A DNA stretch of 64,000 nucleotides from a virus (Duplodnaviria > Caudoviricetes), in the IMG/VR virus record IMGVR_UViG_3300020577_011595, positions 18,496-82,495 of that record, one strand, 5' to 3'. This document shows positions 36,606 through 46,300 of the stretch, piece after piece (the stretch's first letter is position 1; each line of letters starts with the position of its first letter). Both the position numbers and the translations under genes were made by a program. A model generated the notes under the pieces. The model saw nothing but the letters and a program-made list of their open reading frames with translations, was not told where the DNA came from and made no database searches.

Positions 36606-38270
36606 TCAGCCGTGGGCGTTGGGCTTGCCGTGGCAGGTGCAGGGCAGCATCGGGTTCCACAGGTTCATCGCCTTGTGGATCTCGCGACCCGTGTGCACGG
36701 GGCACTCGGGGGCCGCGCGCGCGACCGGGTCGGCCATGCGGGCGGCGACTCCGCGGACTTCGGCGCCACGTCGCCCGCCCTCGATGAACGCGCGCGCGGG
36801 GTCCATCGCGTCGGACTTCACGAGGTGCGAGACGTCGTCGTGACGCACAGCGATCTTGCGGGCCGTCGGCGGCGCCAGTTCGGGCTGGAGGAAGGGCGCG
36901 ATCTCGTGCGAGCGCGAGAACGCGAAGTCGCCGATCGCCGCGGTCAGGGAGTGCGCGCCCATCGCCGAGTTGCCGTCGTCGCTGAAGGCCGAGTCGGCGC
37001 GGGGCTTGAAGATCCCTCGAGCGACGAGGATCGCCTCGATGCTCGCGCGCGTGACGTCGTACTTCTTCGCCGCGCGCATGAGGTTCTTGTTCCGCGGGAT
37101 CGTCTGGACCAGCTCCGACATCACGGCGCGGCTCATCTCGACGACCTGCTCACGCGCCTGGAGCTGCTGGTGCTCGGGCTCGCGAGACTCGTGCTCGTAG
37201 GCCTCCTCGACGAACGCGCAGAGGTAGTCGTAGAGGTACTCCTCGGGGAGGTCCTGGTCCCGGTCGCCCGGGTCACGGAAGGCGTACAGCCCCTTCGCCA
37301 GCACACGGCCCGCGGGGTCGCGGAGCACGGGCGCAGCGTCCCGGGCAGGGACCGCGCGACGAGAGGGTTGGGGGGCGGCACGCGATCCCTGCCCGAGACT
37401 CTTCTGAAAGCTCGAGGCGAGCGCCGCGAGGCTCTTCTGCGCCGCGGCGTCGTCCTCGCCGTAGGTGAACGGCTTGCTGCCCGCACCTCGGCCGCCGACG
37501 CTCGCCGACCCGGGGCGCTTCGACTTCGGGGGCTTCGGCGGAGCCGGGGGAGGTGCCGGCGGCCCGGCTTGGCCCGCCGACGGGTCCAGCTCGCCCATGA
37601 GGGCGCTCATGGCGGCCTCCCAATCGATCCACGCGCCCATCGCCGCATGCGGCTGCTGCTGCTGGTGCGCGGGCGGGGGAGCGTGGGGCGCCGCGGGCTT
37701 GGGAACCTGCGGAGCGTGGATCTGCTGGGCGTTCGCCTGCGGCGCCTGCACGGGCGGGCCCTGCGTCGGGTAGCCCTGCGGAGCCATCGGATGCCCCATC
37801 GAAGCGAGCATCGGCGCGAGCTGCGACGCGAAGGGCATCTGCCGCCCGCCCGCGGCCATCATCGCAGGGTGCGCCGCCGGAACCCCAGCGCCCGGCATGC
37901 CCATCGGGGGAGCCTGGCCCACCATCGGCGGCCCCTGGTGCCCCATCATCGGGGGGGCCGCCTGCCCGGCCATCGGAGGCGCTGCCGGACGTGCGGGCGG
38001 TCCCTGGGGCGGGCCATGCGGCGGAGGACCCTGCGGCGGGCCGCCTGCGCCCGCGGGCTTGCCGAAGCCCGTGGGCATGCCCTTCCACATGCTCGGCGTG
38101 CCGAACTCGTTGGCCTCGGCGGGGCTGGCGAGGCCCTTCGCCATGAACTCCGCGCCCCAATCGACGAACGCCCCTCCGTTGGGGTCGCCGACGTAGTTGG
38201 CGGGCGAGAAGGATCCCTCGGGCAGGGCGATGCCCGTCTTGGTCGTGTGCGTGGTCCGGGGCTGCGTCAT
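36606..38270 (-). CDS. Head-module protein with long Pro/Gln/Met/Gly low-complexity region
   Basis: GAGGAG upstream. About 150 aa of GPPQGPP/APPMMG/QAPQ composition followed by a helical domain (EEYLYDYLCAFVEEAYE). Confidence 0.7.
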   Translation of the reverse strand: MTQPRTTHTTKTGIALPEGSFSPANYVGDPNGGAFVDWGAEFMAKGLASPAEANEFGTPSMWKGMPTGFGKPAGAGGPPQGPPPHGPPQGPPARPAAPPMAGQAAPPMMGHQGPPMVGQAPPMGMPGAGVPAAHPAMMAAGGRQMPFASQLAPMLASMGHPMAPQGYPTQGPPVQAPQANAQQIHAPQVPKPAAPHAPPPAHQQQQPHAAMGAWIDWEAAMSALMGELDPSAGQAGPPAPPPAPPKPPKSKRPGSASVGGRGAGSKPFTYGEDDAAAQKSLAALASSFQKSLGQGSRAAPQPSRRAVPARDAAPVLRDPAGRVLAKGLYAFRDPGDRDQDLPEEYLYDYLCAFVEEAYEHESREPEHQQLQAREQVVEMSRAVMSELVQTIPRNKNLMRAAKKYDVTRASIEAILVARGIFKPRADSAFSDDGNSAMGAHSLTAAIGDFAFSRSHEIAPFLQPELAPPTARKIAVRHDDVSHLVKSDAMDPARAFIEGGRRGAEVRGVAARMADPVARAAPECPVHTGREIHKAMNLWNPMLPCTCHGKPNAHG

Positions 38271-38319
38271 CGGGAGATACTCCTCGGTGCGACTCTACCG
38301 CGAGAGTCGGGGCTCGTCA

Positions 38320-41300
38320 TCAGAACAGGGCGCGCTGGTTCGCGGGCGTCTTCTCGTCGGAGCGGCTCAGAGCTGCCGCGACCGTCTCGCGGAGCACCTC
38401 GCCCGGGCTCTTCGCCGGGCCGAACATGCTGCCCTGGCCCTCGGGATTCTGGCCTGCCCGGCGGACGTAGTCGCGCCAGACGGCGGCCTGCTGCTGCGGG
38501 CCCGGCTTGCGGACGAGCAGCTCGAGGAGCGCGCGGGCATTCTGGTTGTCGACGACGGGGTGCCTCCCGCCGAAGAGGTCGTCGAAGTAGTTGAACAGGC
38601 GGTCGAACGTCTTGGGCTCCATCTTCGGGTCGAGCGCGGGGATCGCCCCCGTCTCGACGCGGTGGTGCAGGTCGTTGTAGGCGGAGAGCGCGACGGCGAG
38701 GTCCCCGCCGACGTCGTAGCCCTTGCCGCCCGAGGTCTTGGCCTGGACCATGTAGGGCACCGCGGCCGCGATGTTCCCGACGATCTTCGGCCCCGTGTTC
38801 GAGAGGATGTCGGCGTCGCCGACGAGCCGGCCGACGAGGATGCGCTCGACGAGCACGCGCCCGTCCTCGTTGAGCAGCTTCGTGCCCTTCTTGAGGTACT
38901 GGTTCGCGTTGCGCTGGTCGATGATGCCTGCGCGCTGGAGCGCGTTCACGAACCGCTCCGAGCGGTTCGACGCGAGGAAGGCGGAGAGGGTCTCGTCCTC
39001 CTTCATGTCGTTGCCGAGCGCGGCGAGGGACTGCTCGTCGAGCTTGCGGCCCATCGCGACCTGCATCGTTCGCGGGTCCATCGCCTGCGTGAAGCTTTCG
39101 TTGAGCTGGCGCACGAGGAGCTTCTGGCTCGCGGTCGAGGTGTCCTCGGGCTCGATGACGCGCACGAGCACGGGATGCTCGAGGGCGTCGACGTCCTCGG
39201 GGCGAAGCCCGAACTCGTGAGCGTGCTCGGCGAGGTACGCCTTCAGCGCGGCGCCCTTCTCCCCGTGGTGCACGTAGGCATGCTGCATCGACATCGTCCG
39301 GCTGTTGCCGCCGAGCGCGATGAGCTTGCCGTCCTGCTCGATCACGACGGGCGGGCCGTTCACGGCGTCGGGGTTGGTGTTCGCCACGAACGCGGGGTTC
39401 AGGCTCATCGCGTTGCGGAGCACCTTGCCCTTCTCGGCCTCGTCCCGATGGTAGGCACGCTCCTGCACGCCTTCGGGGTAGTCCTCGCGCTTCTTGAAGC
39501 CCTTGAGCGGGTCGTGCGAGGCGACGAGGTCGGAGGCGTTGGCGAGCTTGTAGCGCGCGCGGATGGCCTTGGGCTGGCCCCCGTCCCCCGCCACGTAGAC
39601 CGCCGTCGAGCCGCCGTCGGTCTTCGGTGCGGGATGGGGAGCCGCAGCGGGGGCCGCTGCCATGGCGTTGCGGGCCTCGTCGGCGACCTTGTCCTTCAGC
39701 CCGGGGAACGCGCTCGTGAGCAGGTTGAGCTTCTGGATGGCGCTCGAGGCCAGCGCCTCGGCGAGCGCCCGCGCGCGGTCGTTGGTCGACCCGCTCTGCG
39801 CCTTCGCGAGCGCCTCGGAGAGCTTCGCCAGCTCGGCCTCCGCCCGCTTCGCGATCTCCGCGACGCGGTCCGCGAAGTCGTCGGTCTCCGCATCCGCCCC
39901 GCCCCGCAGCTCGACGACGGTGCCGACGTGACCGACCGTGACGCGCGCGCCCGCGGCGAGGTTCTCCGCGCCGCGAACGATCTCCGAGAAGCGCGTCGCG
40001 CTCGTGCGCTGCGTGAGCACGGACCCGATCGCGGCTGCCCGTGCCTCGGGCTCCCACCCGCGGCGCTCGAGGGCCGTGGCGAGGATGCTCTTCGCGCGGA
40101 AGGGGTTGACGCCCGCGCGGCCGAAGGCCTGCTGGAGCTTCGCGTAGACTTCGGGGACCCGCTTCTGGAGCTGCGCGAACCGCTCTTCGTCGGAGCCCTC
40201 CAGCTCGCCGAGCAGCGCCTTGGGGACGTGCCGGAGGACCGCGTTGACCGAGGCCTCGGCGCGCTTCTCCGCCCAATCGTGATAGCGGGTGCCGTACCCG
40301 CGGACGAGCAGGTTGGCCCACTCGTCGGGCTTGATCGCGCGGACGCGGCCGCCCATCTCGACGTGGACGGTCCCGTCCTTCTCGACCTCGTGGACCTTCG
40401 CGATGCCCTGCCCGTGCCCGAGCGAGACCTCCTCGCCGGCCTGGGCGTCGCGCGCGATGGCGCTCTCGGCGTAGTAGTAGCGCCACGGGCGCTTCGGGTT
40501 CCCGGTGGGCACGCGCCGGACGTACTTGTGGGACGCCGCGCCTGCGCCGGCCTTGTGCAACGCGTGGTAGAGCGCCGCGAGCGCGGCCTGGCTCTTCTCG
40601 GTCTCCTCGTCCTCGGCCTCGTCGTCCTCCTCGGGCTCCGGCTCGGCGCCCGGAGGCAACTGCACGGGCACGACAGGGAGCGGGCTGGCTCGACGCGCCC
40701 CCGGCGTTCCGGCGGGGTCGGCGACTCCAGGGGACGGACGCGGGCCCATCGGCGGGGCGGGCGCCAGGGCATCCTCGCGCGCATCGGGAGACCGCGGGAC
40801 GCGGCCTGCGTCGGCCTGCGCACGCGGGGGGTTGCCCTGAGGCATCCCAGGGCCGCCGGCTGCGAGCCGCGGGCGCTGGTGGTCCGCGACCACCAGCGGC
40901 GCGCGCTGGGCGATCTGCGGGCCGCCGACCATCGCCATCGTCCGCACCGCCGGGACGTAGAGGAGCGTGGGGTCGAGGCGCACGTTGCCCGTTCCGTGGA
41001 ACCCGTGCGCCCGGGTCGAGGCGTCTGCGTCGGCCTGCCTGCGGTTCACCTCGGCCTCTTCCTCCCGCTGCCGGTGGTCCGCGTCGCGGGGCTGGAAGTA
41101 GATGTCCTGATAGTCGGGGATGGATGCGCGCTGGCCGGGCGCCGCGCCATACGCGGGGCCGATCGACGGCTGCGGCTGGGGCTGCCCGCCGATCATCGCC
41201 TTGATCATGGTGGGGGTGATCGACCGCTCCATCGGGGCCTCCGCCTTCGGCTTGCGCGGGCGAGCCTGCGTCCGGGCTGCCGCGCGCTCGGGGCTGATCT

Positions 41301-43329
41301 CGACCTTCTCGGGCTGCTCGGGCTCGCCGAGCTGCTGCCGTAGCACGGCGGACCCACGGCGCCCCTTCTGCCTGCCCGCCCACCGCTCGGCGGCGTCGGA
41401 CGCGGCCCGCTCGGTCGCGTCCCTGCGTTGCTTCGCCTGCGAGAGGCTCTGGTCGTACGCCTCGCGGTCCGCCTGCCCGCGCGACGCCCGCGAGACGCGC
41501 TCCTCGGCCTCCCCAGCGCCCTGCCTGACCTCGGCGAGGGCCCGGTCGGTGTCGGACCGCGCAGCCTCGTCGAGCCGCCCCAGCGCCGCGTGCGCGGCTT
41601 CGACGTGCTGCTGCGCCTGGGGGTCGTGCCCGAACATGCGGTTGACGTCCTCGGGACTGCCCATCCCGAAGACGTCGAGCACACCGTCGTCGTCGCCGCC
41701 CTGGGGAGGCATCTGGTAGCCCCCGCCCCCGAGCGCGGCGGGGCCCACAGGGCCCTGGGGCGCGGGCTCCGCCTCTCGGGGCGCTGTCGGCTGCGCCGGG
41801 GCGCCAGGAGCCTCCGGGGCGCCGGGAGAGGGCGTCTGCCCCAGGGTGCGCGCGCTCGCCGTGACCGAGGCGAGCCCCTGCTTGCCGGAAGCGAGAGCGT
41901 CGGACGCGTAGGCCTCGAGCTGCTTGTTCTTCTTTTCGGCGGCCTCGAGCAGCGACCCGAGATCGGGCCCGAGGACCGACGCGGGGGCCGCGCTGCTGTT
42001 GAACGCGCGCCCGAACGCCTTGAGGTTCTCGACGATCTTCGAGTCGCCCTCGGCGGTCTTCGCGCCGGCCTGCCGCGCGCGGAGCCCGACGACGATGTGG
42101 TTCAGCGCCTCTTCGAGCTGGCCCGCGAGCTGGGGGTCGTGCTGGCGGATCGCCGCGACGACCTGCATGCCCTGCTGCCCGATCTCGTTCGCGCCGGGCA
42201 GGGGCTTGGGCTGCGCGCCGGCCGGCTGGGCCGGCGCCGGGGGCTTCTGCCCGGGCGGCTTGGGGGCCGCGCCCTGCGGCTGTCCCGACCCCTCGTGGTA
42301 GGGGATCGTGTGCTCGGGGTTGGCCCACCGACCGCCCTGCGGGCCCGTGAACAACTGCGCCTTGGCCAGGCCCTCGCGCACCGCCGCTTCCCGCTGGGCA
42401 GATAGTTTCTTCACGCGCTTCTCCAGGTGGTCGACCTCCGAGCGTAGGTCGTGCGCCGCTCGCTCGTCGACGCCGTTCTCGGCGAGCCGCTTCTGCCGCC
42501 ACGCGAACAGCGCGTCCTTGCGCGCCTCTTCGCGGCGGTACCTCTCGGGGGTCATCTCGCTCGCGGGTTGCTGCCAGGCGTGCACGTCGCCCATCGCCAC
42601 GCGCCGCATCCCGCGATCGAGCGCGCTCCGCTCCCAGCTCTCGGTGAGCGACGCGGAGTCGACGTCTACGAGGTCGGGCACCGTGAGGCGGTCGACGACG
42701 GCCTTGCCCTTCGTGTTCTTGGCCTCGAGCACCTCGAGCGCCGCGCGCTTCTGGCCCAGCTCGTGTGCCGCCTTGCCGAGAGCCTTCGCGGCGCGCTCCA
42801 GGGTGCCGAGCCTGGCAGCCTGCTCCGGGTCCTGCTTCTTCGCGCAGCCCGTGCCCATGATCACGTGACGCCCGTTCGTCAGCTCGACGGCGGCGTGCAC
42901 CTCGTGCTCTCTCGCGCACCGCGCGCACACGGCAAGCACGCCGCTACCCGGGATCGGGCGGCTGTACTCGACCCCGAGGTGCCCCTCGACCAGCTCGCGC
43001 TCGCGCGTGTCGCGGATGCCGACGATCCGCTTGATCTTCACGTGCTTCTCGGACTCGGAGAGCAGCGCCGGCCGCCCGTGCTCGGCCGGGTTCCAGTGGA
43101 TCGTGTGCTGCGGGTCCGCCCACAGCCCACCTTTCGGACCGATGAACGGGCCGCCGCTCATCTTCGCCATCATCGGCACCACGAGCCGGCGCTCGAGGTC
43201 GGCGTAGTAGTCGGGCCGTTCCTGAAGGTGGTTCGCGACCTTGCCGGCCTTCTCGCGCGCATCGCCGTGGCCCTTCTCGCGCTCGTAGGCGATGGCCGCT
43301 GCGATCTCGGTCGGCGTGGGTCGGTGCAT
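38320..43329 (-). CDS. Large polyvalent protein (1669 aa): DUF5661-like N-terminus, repeated tags, C-terminal DdrB/ParB-like domain
   Basis: Start reset to ATG 43329. EREKGH...ANHLQERPDYYADL is DUF5661-like. ARYKLANASDLVASHD...QERAY...NPDAVNGPPVV...LGGNSRTM is DdrB-ParB-like. Confidence 0.8.
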   Translation of the reverse strand: MHRPTPTEIAAAIAYEREKGHGDAREKAGKVANHLQERPDYYADLERRLVVPMMAKMSGGPFIGPKGGLWADPQHTIHWNPAEHGRPALLSESEKHVKIKRIVGIRDTRERELVEGHLGVEYSRPIPGSGVLAVCARCAREHEVHAAVELTNGRHVIMGTGCAKKQDPEQAARLGTLERAAKALGKAAHELGQKRAALEVLEAKNTKGKAVVDRLTVPDLVDVDSASLTESWERSALDRGMRRVAMGDVHAWQQPASEMTPERYRREEARKDALFAWRQKRLAENGVDERAAHDLRSEVDHLEKRVKKLSAQREAAVREGLAKAQLFTGPQGGRWANPEHTIPYHEGSGQPQGAAPKPPGQKPPAPAQPAGAQPKPLPGANEIGQQGMQVVAAIRQHDPQLAGQLEEALNHIVVGLRARQAGAKTAEGDSKIVENLKAFGRAFNSSAAPASVLGPDLGSLLEAAEKKNKQLEAYASDALASGKQGLASVTASARTLGQTPSPGAPEAPGAPAQPTAPREAEPAPQGPVGPAALGGGGYQMPPQGGDDDGVLDVFGMGSPEDVNRMFGHDPQAQQHVEAAHAALGRLDEAARSDTDRALAEVRQGAGEAEERVSRASRGQADREAYDQSLSQAKQRRDATERAASDAAERWAGRQKGRRGSAVLRQQLGEPEQPEKVEISPERAAARTQARPRKPKAEAPMERSITPTMIKAMIGGQPQPQPSIGPAYGAAPGQRASIPDYQDIYFQPRDADHRQREEEAEVNRRQADADASTRAHGFHGTGNVRLDPTLLYVPAVRTMAMVGGPQIAQRAPLVVADHQRPRLAAGGPGMPQGNPPRAQADAGRVPRSPDAREDALAPAPPMGPRPSPGVADPAGTPGARRASPLPVVPVQLPPGAEPEPEEDDEAEDEETEKSQAALAALYHALHKAGAGAASHKYVRRVPTGNPKRPWRYYYAESAIARDAQAGEEVSLGHGQGIAKVHEVEKDGTVHVEMGGRVRAIKPDEWANLLVRGYGTRYHDWAEKRAEASVNAVLRHVPKALLGELEGSDEERFAQLQKRVPEVYAKLQQAFGRAGVNPFRAKSILATALERRGWEPEARAAAIGSVLTQRTSATRFSEIVRGAENLAAGARVTVGHVGTVVELRGGADAETDDFADRVAEIAKRAEAELAKLSEALAKAQSGSTNDRARALAEALASSAIQKLNLLTSAFPGLKDKVADEARNAMAAAPAAAPHPAPKTDGGSTAVYVAGDGGQPKAIRARYKLANASDLVASHDPLKGFKKREDYPEGVQERAYHRDEAEKGKVLRNAMSLNPAFVANTNPDAVNGPPVVIEQDGKLIALGGNSRTMSMQHAYVHHGEKGAALKAYLAEHAHEFGLRPEDVDALEHPVLVRVIEPEDTSTASQKLLVRQLNESFTQAMDPRTMQVAMGRKLDEQSLAALGNDMKEDETLSAFLASNRSERFVNALQRAGIIDQRNANQYLKKGTKLLNEDGRVLVERILVGRLVGDADILSNTGPKIVGNIAAAVPYMVQAKTSGGKGYDVGGDLAVALSAYNDLHHRVETGAIPALDPKMEPKTFDRLFNYFDDLFGGRHPVVDNQNARALLELLVRKPGPQQQAAVWRDYVRRAGQNPEGQGSMFGPAKSPGEVLRETVAAALSRSDEKTPANQRALF

Positions 43330-43334
43330 GCGGG

Positions 43335-46300
43335 TCAGGCTCGGGGGATCGTCAGGCGGTTGCCGACGAGGTGCTGGTAGCGCGGGTCGACGAGGGGCCG
43401 GGAGAGCAGGTTGCGGAGGGCCTTGTGGAGCAGCTCGCTCTTGCCGAACGCCGCGAAGATGGCGTCGAAGTGCGGCGTCATCGCGTCGACCTCCGCGTCG
43501 CTCGGCCAGAGCTTGCTGACTGCGCTGCCCGCCATCGCGATGCCTGTGAGGTAGGTGTTCTCGCGGCCCTTCGCGTGCAGCTTGCGCTGCACGTACCTCT
43601 CGAACGTGCGGGCGAACACCTCGCACGTCGAACGCCAGTAGTCGGCCTTGCCCGCCGACATCCGCTTGTCGCGTACGTACTGGCGAGTCTCGGCGGCGAG
43701 CCTCTCACGGAACGCGCCCATCGCGTCCGACGTCATCAGCGCGCGCATGGCGCGGAACGTCGGATCGTCGTCGGCCTTCGTGTCCCGCACCAGGACGTCC
43801 TCCGAGACGAAGCGCGCTTCCTTCCGGCCTGCGTAGGTGCGCTGCGTGGCCTCGCCCGCCGCCTCGTAGATGAGGTTGTCGAACATGTGCCCCCACTCGT
43901 GCGCGAGCGCGCCCGCTCCCGAGTCGCGGGTCAGGTTGATCACACGCGCGGTGGGTTCGTAGTGCGCGGAGGCCGTGCCCTTGCCTCGCGCGCCGATCGC
44001 CATCGCGAGGCGCCCGTTGAACGAGGCCATGCCCGCCGGCAGCCCGAGCACGTCGGTGAGGTCCGCGAACGAGTCGACGACGCTCTTGAGGTGGTGCTCG
44101 CGTTCGCCGTCGGTGACGCTCTTGCCCCACTGCACGCCGCGCATCCCGTACTTCCCGCCCTTGCTCTTGTCGAGCAGGTCGAGGCCCTGCTTGACGCTGC
44201 GATACTCGGACGGCGGGCCCTTCCGCACCATCTTCGACGTGTTGTAGACCTTGGACAGATCCCACTCGTCCTCGGCCTTCGACTGCTTCGCGCCGAAGGC
44301 CTCGTTCATCGACTTGCCCTCGAGCATGCGCATCACGTGGTTGGCCATCGCCGCGTTGCGCTCTTCCGCCGTGGGGTACTTCGCGTTCAGGCGGCGCGCG
44401 AAGTCGTTGGCCTGCGCGAGCGGGGAGAGCGACCCGCGGCCGGCGATGGCGTTGTGGAAGTCGCGGATCGCTTCGGTAGCTGCCGAGGTGGGTCCGTACT
44501 CCTCACTCACCCGCTGATGGAGCACCGCCACGTCGCTCAAGAACGCGCGCACGGCACCCAGCGGGTTGTCCGCGTGGTCTTTGCTCTCGACGAATTTCGA
44601 GAGGAGGCCGCGCGCCTCGCTCCACGCGGCGTAGTAGGCCTCGCGCTGCTTCCGCAGATGCTCCTCGGCCGTGACGGCCTCGCCAGAGGGAGCACTGCGC
44701 GCGAGCAGCTTGACCCCGTCGTACTTCGTGGGCGCCGACCACGCGCCCTCCTCGCCCGTGCGATGGCGCGGGATCGTGGGGCGCTGCGGGAACTTCCGCA
44801 GCATGAGGTGGCCGAGCAGGACCTTGAGCGTCTGCGGGCCGTTGCCCTCCGCCGTGATCTTCTGCGCCACCGAGACGAACTCGACGGGCTCCTGGCGCTC
44901 CAGGAAGTCGCGAGTGAAGAGACGGTCCGCGTCGGCCGACGCAGAGGCATCGCGCGCGTTCTTCCACACGAGCGCCTTGTGCCGGGCGCTGCCGCCCACG
45001 TCCTCGCCGCGCTGCTCGACCGCGGACGAGCGATCGTTGACGAACTCCTCCGCCTCCTTCGCCTTCTTCGCAGTGGCCTCTGCGTCACCCCGGGGAGTGC
45101 CCTCGGGGGCTCTCGGGGCCACCGGGATCACGAGGCGCTCGGGCGGCTTGGCCGGGGCCTCGGCGGGCGGCGCCCACGGTGTCTCACGCTTCCCCGCGCC
45201 TTCGATCGATCGCACGGGCTCGATCGTGCGCTTCGCTCCCGTCGTCCACAGCTCGGCCGTGCCGTCTGCGCGGATGATCAGCTCGCGAAGGTTGCGCGAG
45301 CGGCCTTCGATGGGGGCGAGATACACGCGCCGCCCGTACTTGCCGCCCGAGACCTCCGTGTCGTCGATCTCGGCGCGGAACTTCATCCCGTTGACCGTGA
45401 CCGTCTGGCCCTTCGTGAAGCGCATCATGGGCGTCTGGGCCTTGACCCGATCACGGTCGGCCTTCGCCTTCTCAGCCTCCACGCGGAGTCGCTCGCGGAT
45501 GTCGTCCGTCCGCGCGCGTGTCGCGAGCTGCTGGTCCTCGGGGACCTTGTCCTTGTCGGTCCAGCCCCCGGGCGGCGGCTTGCCGAACTCGATCTCGGTC
45601 ACCCTCGGCTTCGCGGGCTCGGGCTTCGGAGCAGGGTCCGCCGGCTTCACGCCTCGAGCGCGGTCCATCGACTCGGCGAGATCCGCCTTCGTGCTGCCGG
45701 GGTTGAGCTTGTGCCACGCGCGGCGGAGGGACTCTTCGTCAGCCACCGGACCGTCGCCGGCTCCGTGCGCGAGCAGGTGAAGCACGCGCTCCGCCAGCTC
45801 GTTCGCGCGCTTCATGTCCTTCCGCGCCATCGCGTCGGTAGCCTGGGCGAGCAGCTCCTCACCCGAGACGGTGGGCGACGTCGTCGGCTTCTTGGGCTCG
45901 GCGGAGAGCAGCACGCCGCCGCCGTCGTTCACGGTCCGCACGATGCTGGAGAACGCGCTGAACGGCTGGGAGTCGGGCATGCGCTCCCAGCCGTCGGGGC
46001 TCTGCGCGCTGGGCTTCTGCTTCTCCCAGCCCATCTTGCCGTCCTTGGCCTTGCGCCAAGCGGCCGTGCCGTCCTTCGCCACGACCAGGCTGCCCACGGG
46101 GAGTGCGTTCACCTTCTCCATCGAGAGGGTGCCCGCGGGCGTGACCTTCGGCTTCGACGGGTTGATCGCCTCGTCGAGCCGGCGCTGGTCGAGCCGGGGC
46201 TTGACGCGCACGGGCTCATCGCTGTCCACGAGCTTCTCGTGCGCGCGCTTCGGCGTGACGACCTTCGGCTCGACCGGGATCGCGGGCGTCGGCCCCTTCT

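Noticed and set aside
38267-42928. 1553-aa alternative minus-strand frame, and similar ones such as 18221..20668 and 22394..24226
   Set aside because: Arg/Pro/Gly-rich off-frame translations typical of 70% GC DNA. In 22394..24226 only the part from 23314 down is the real gene.
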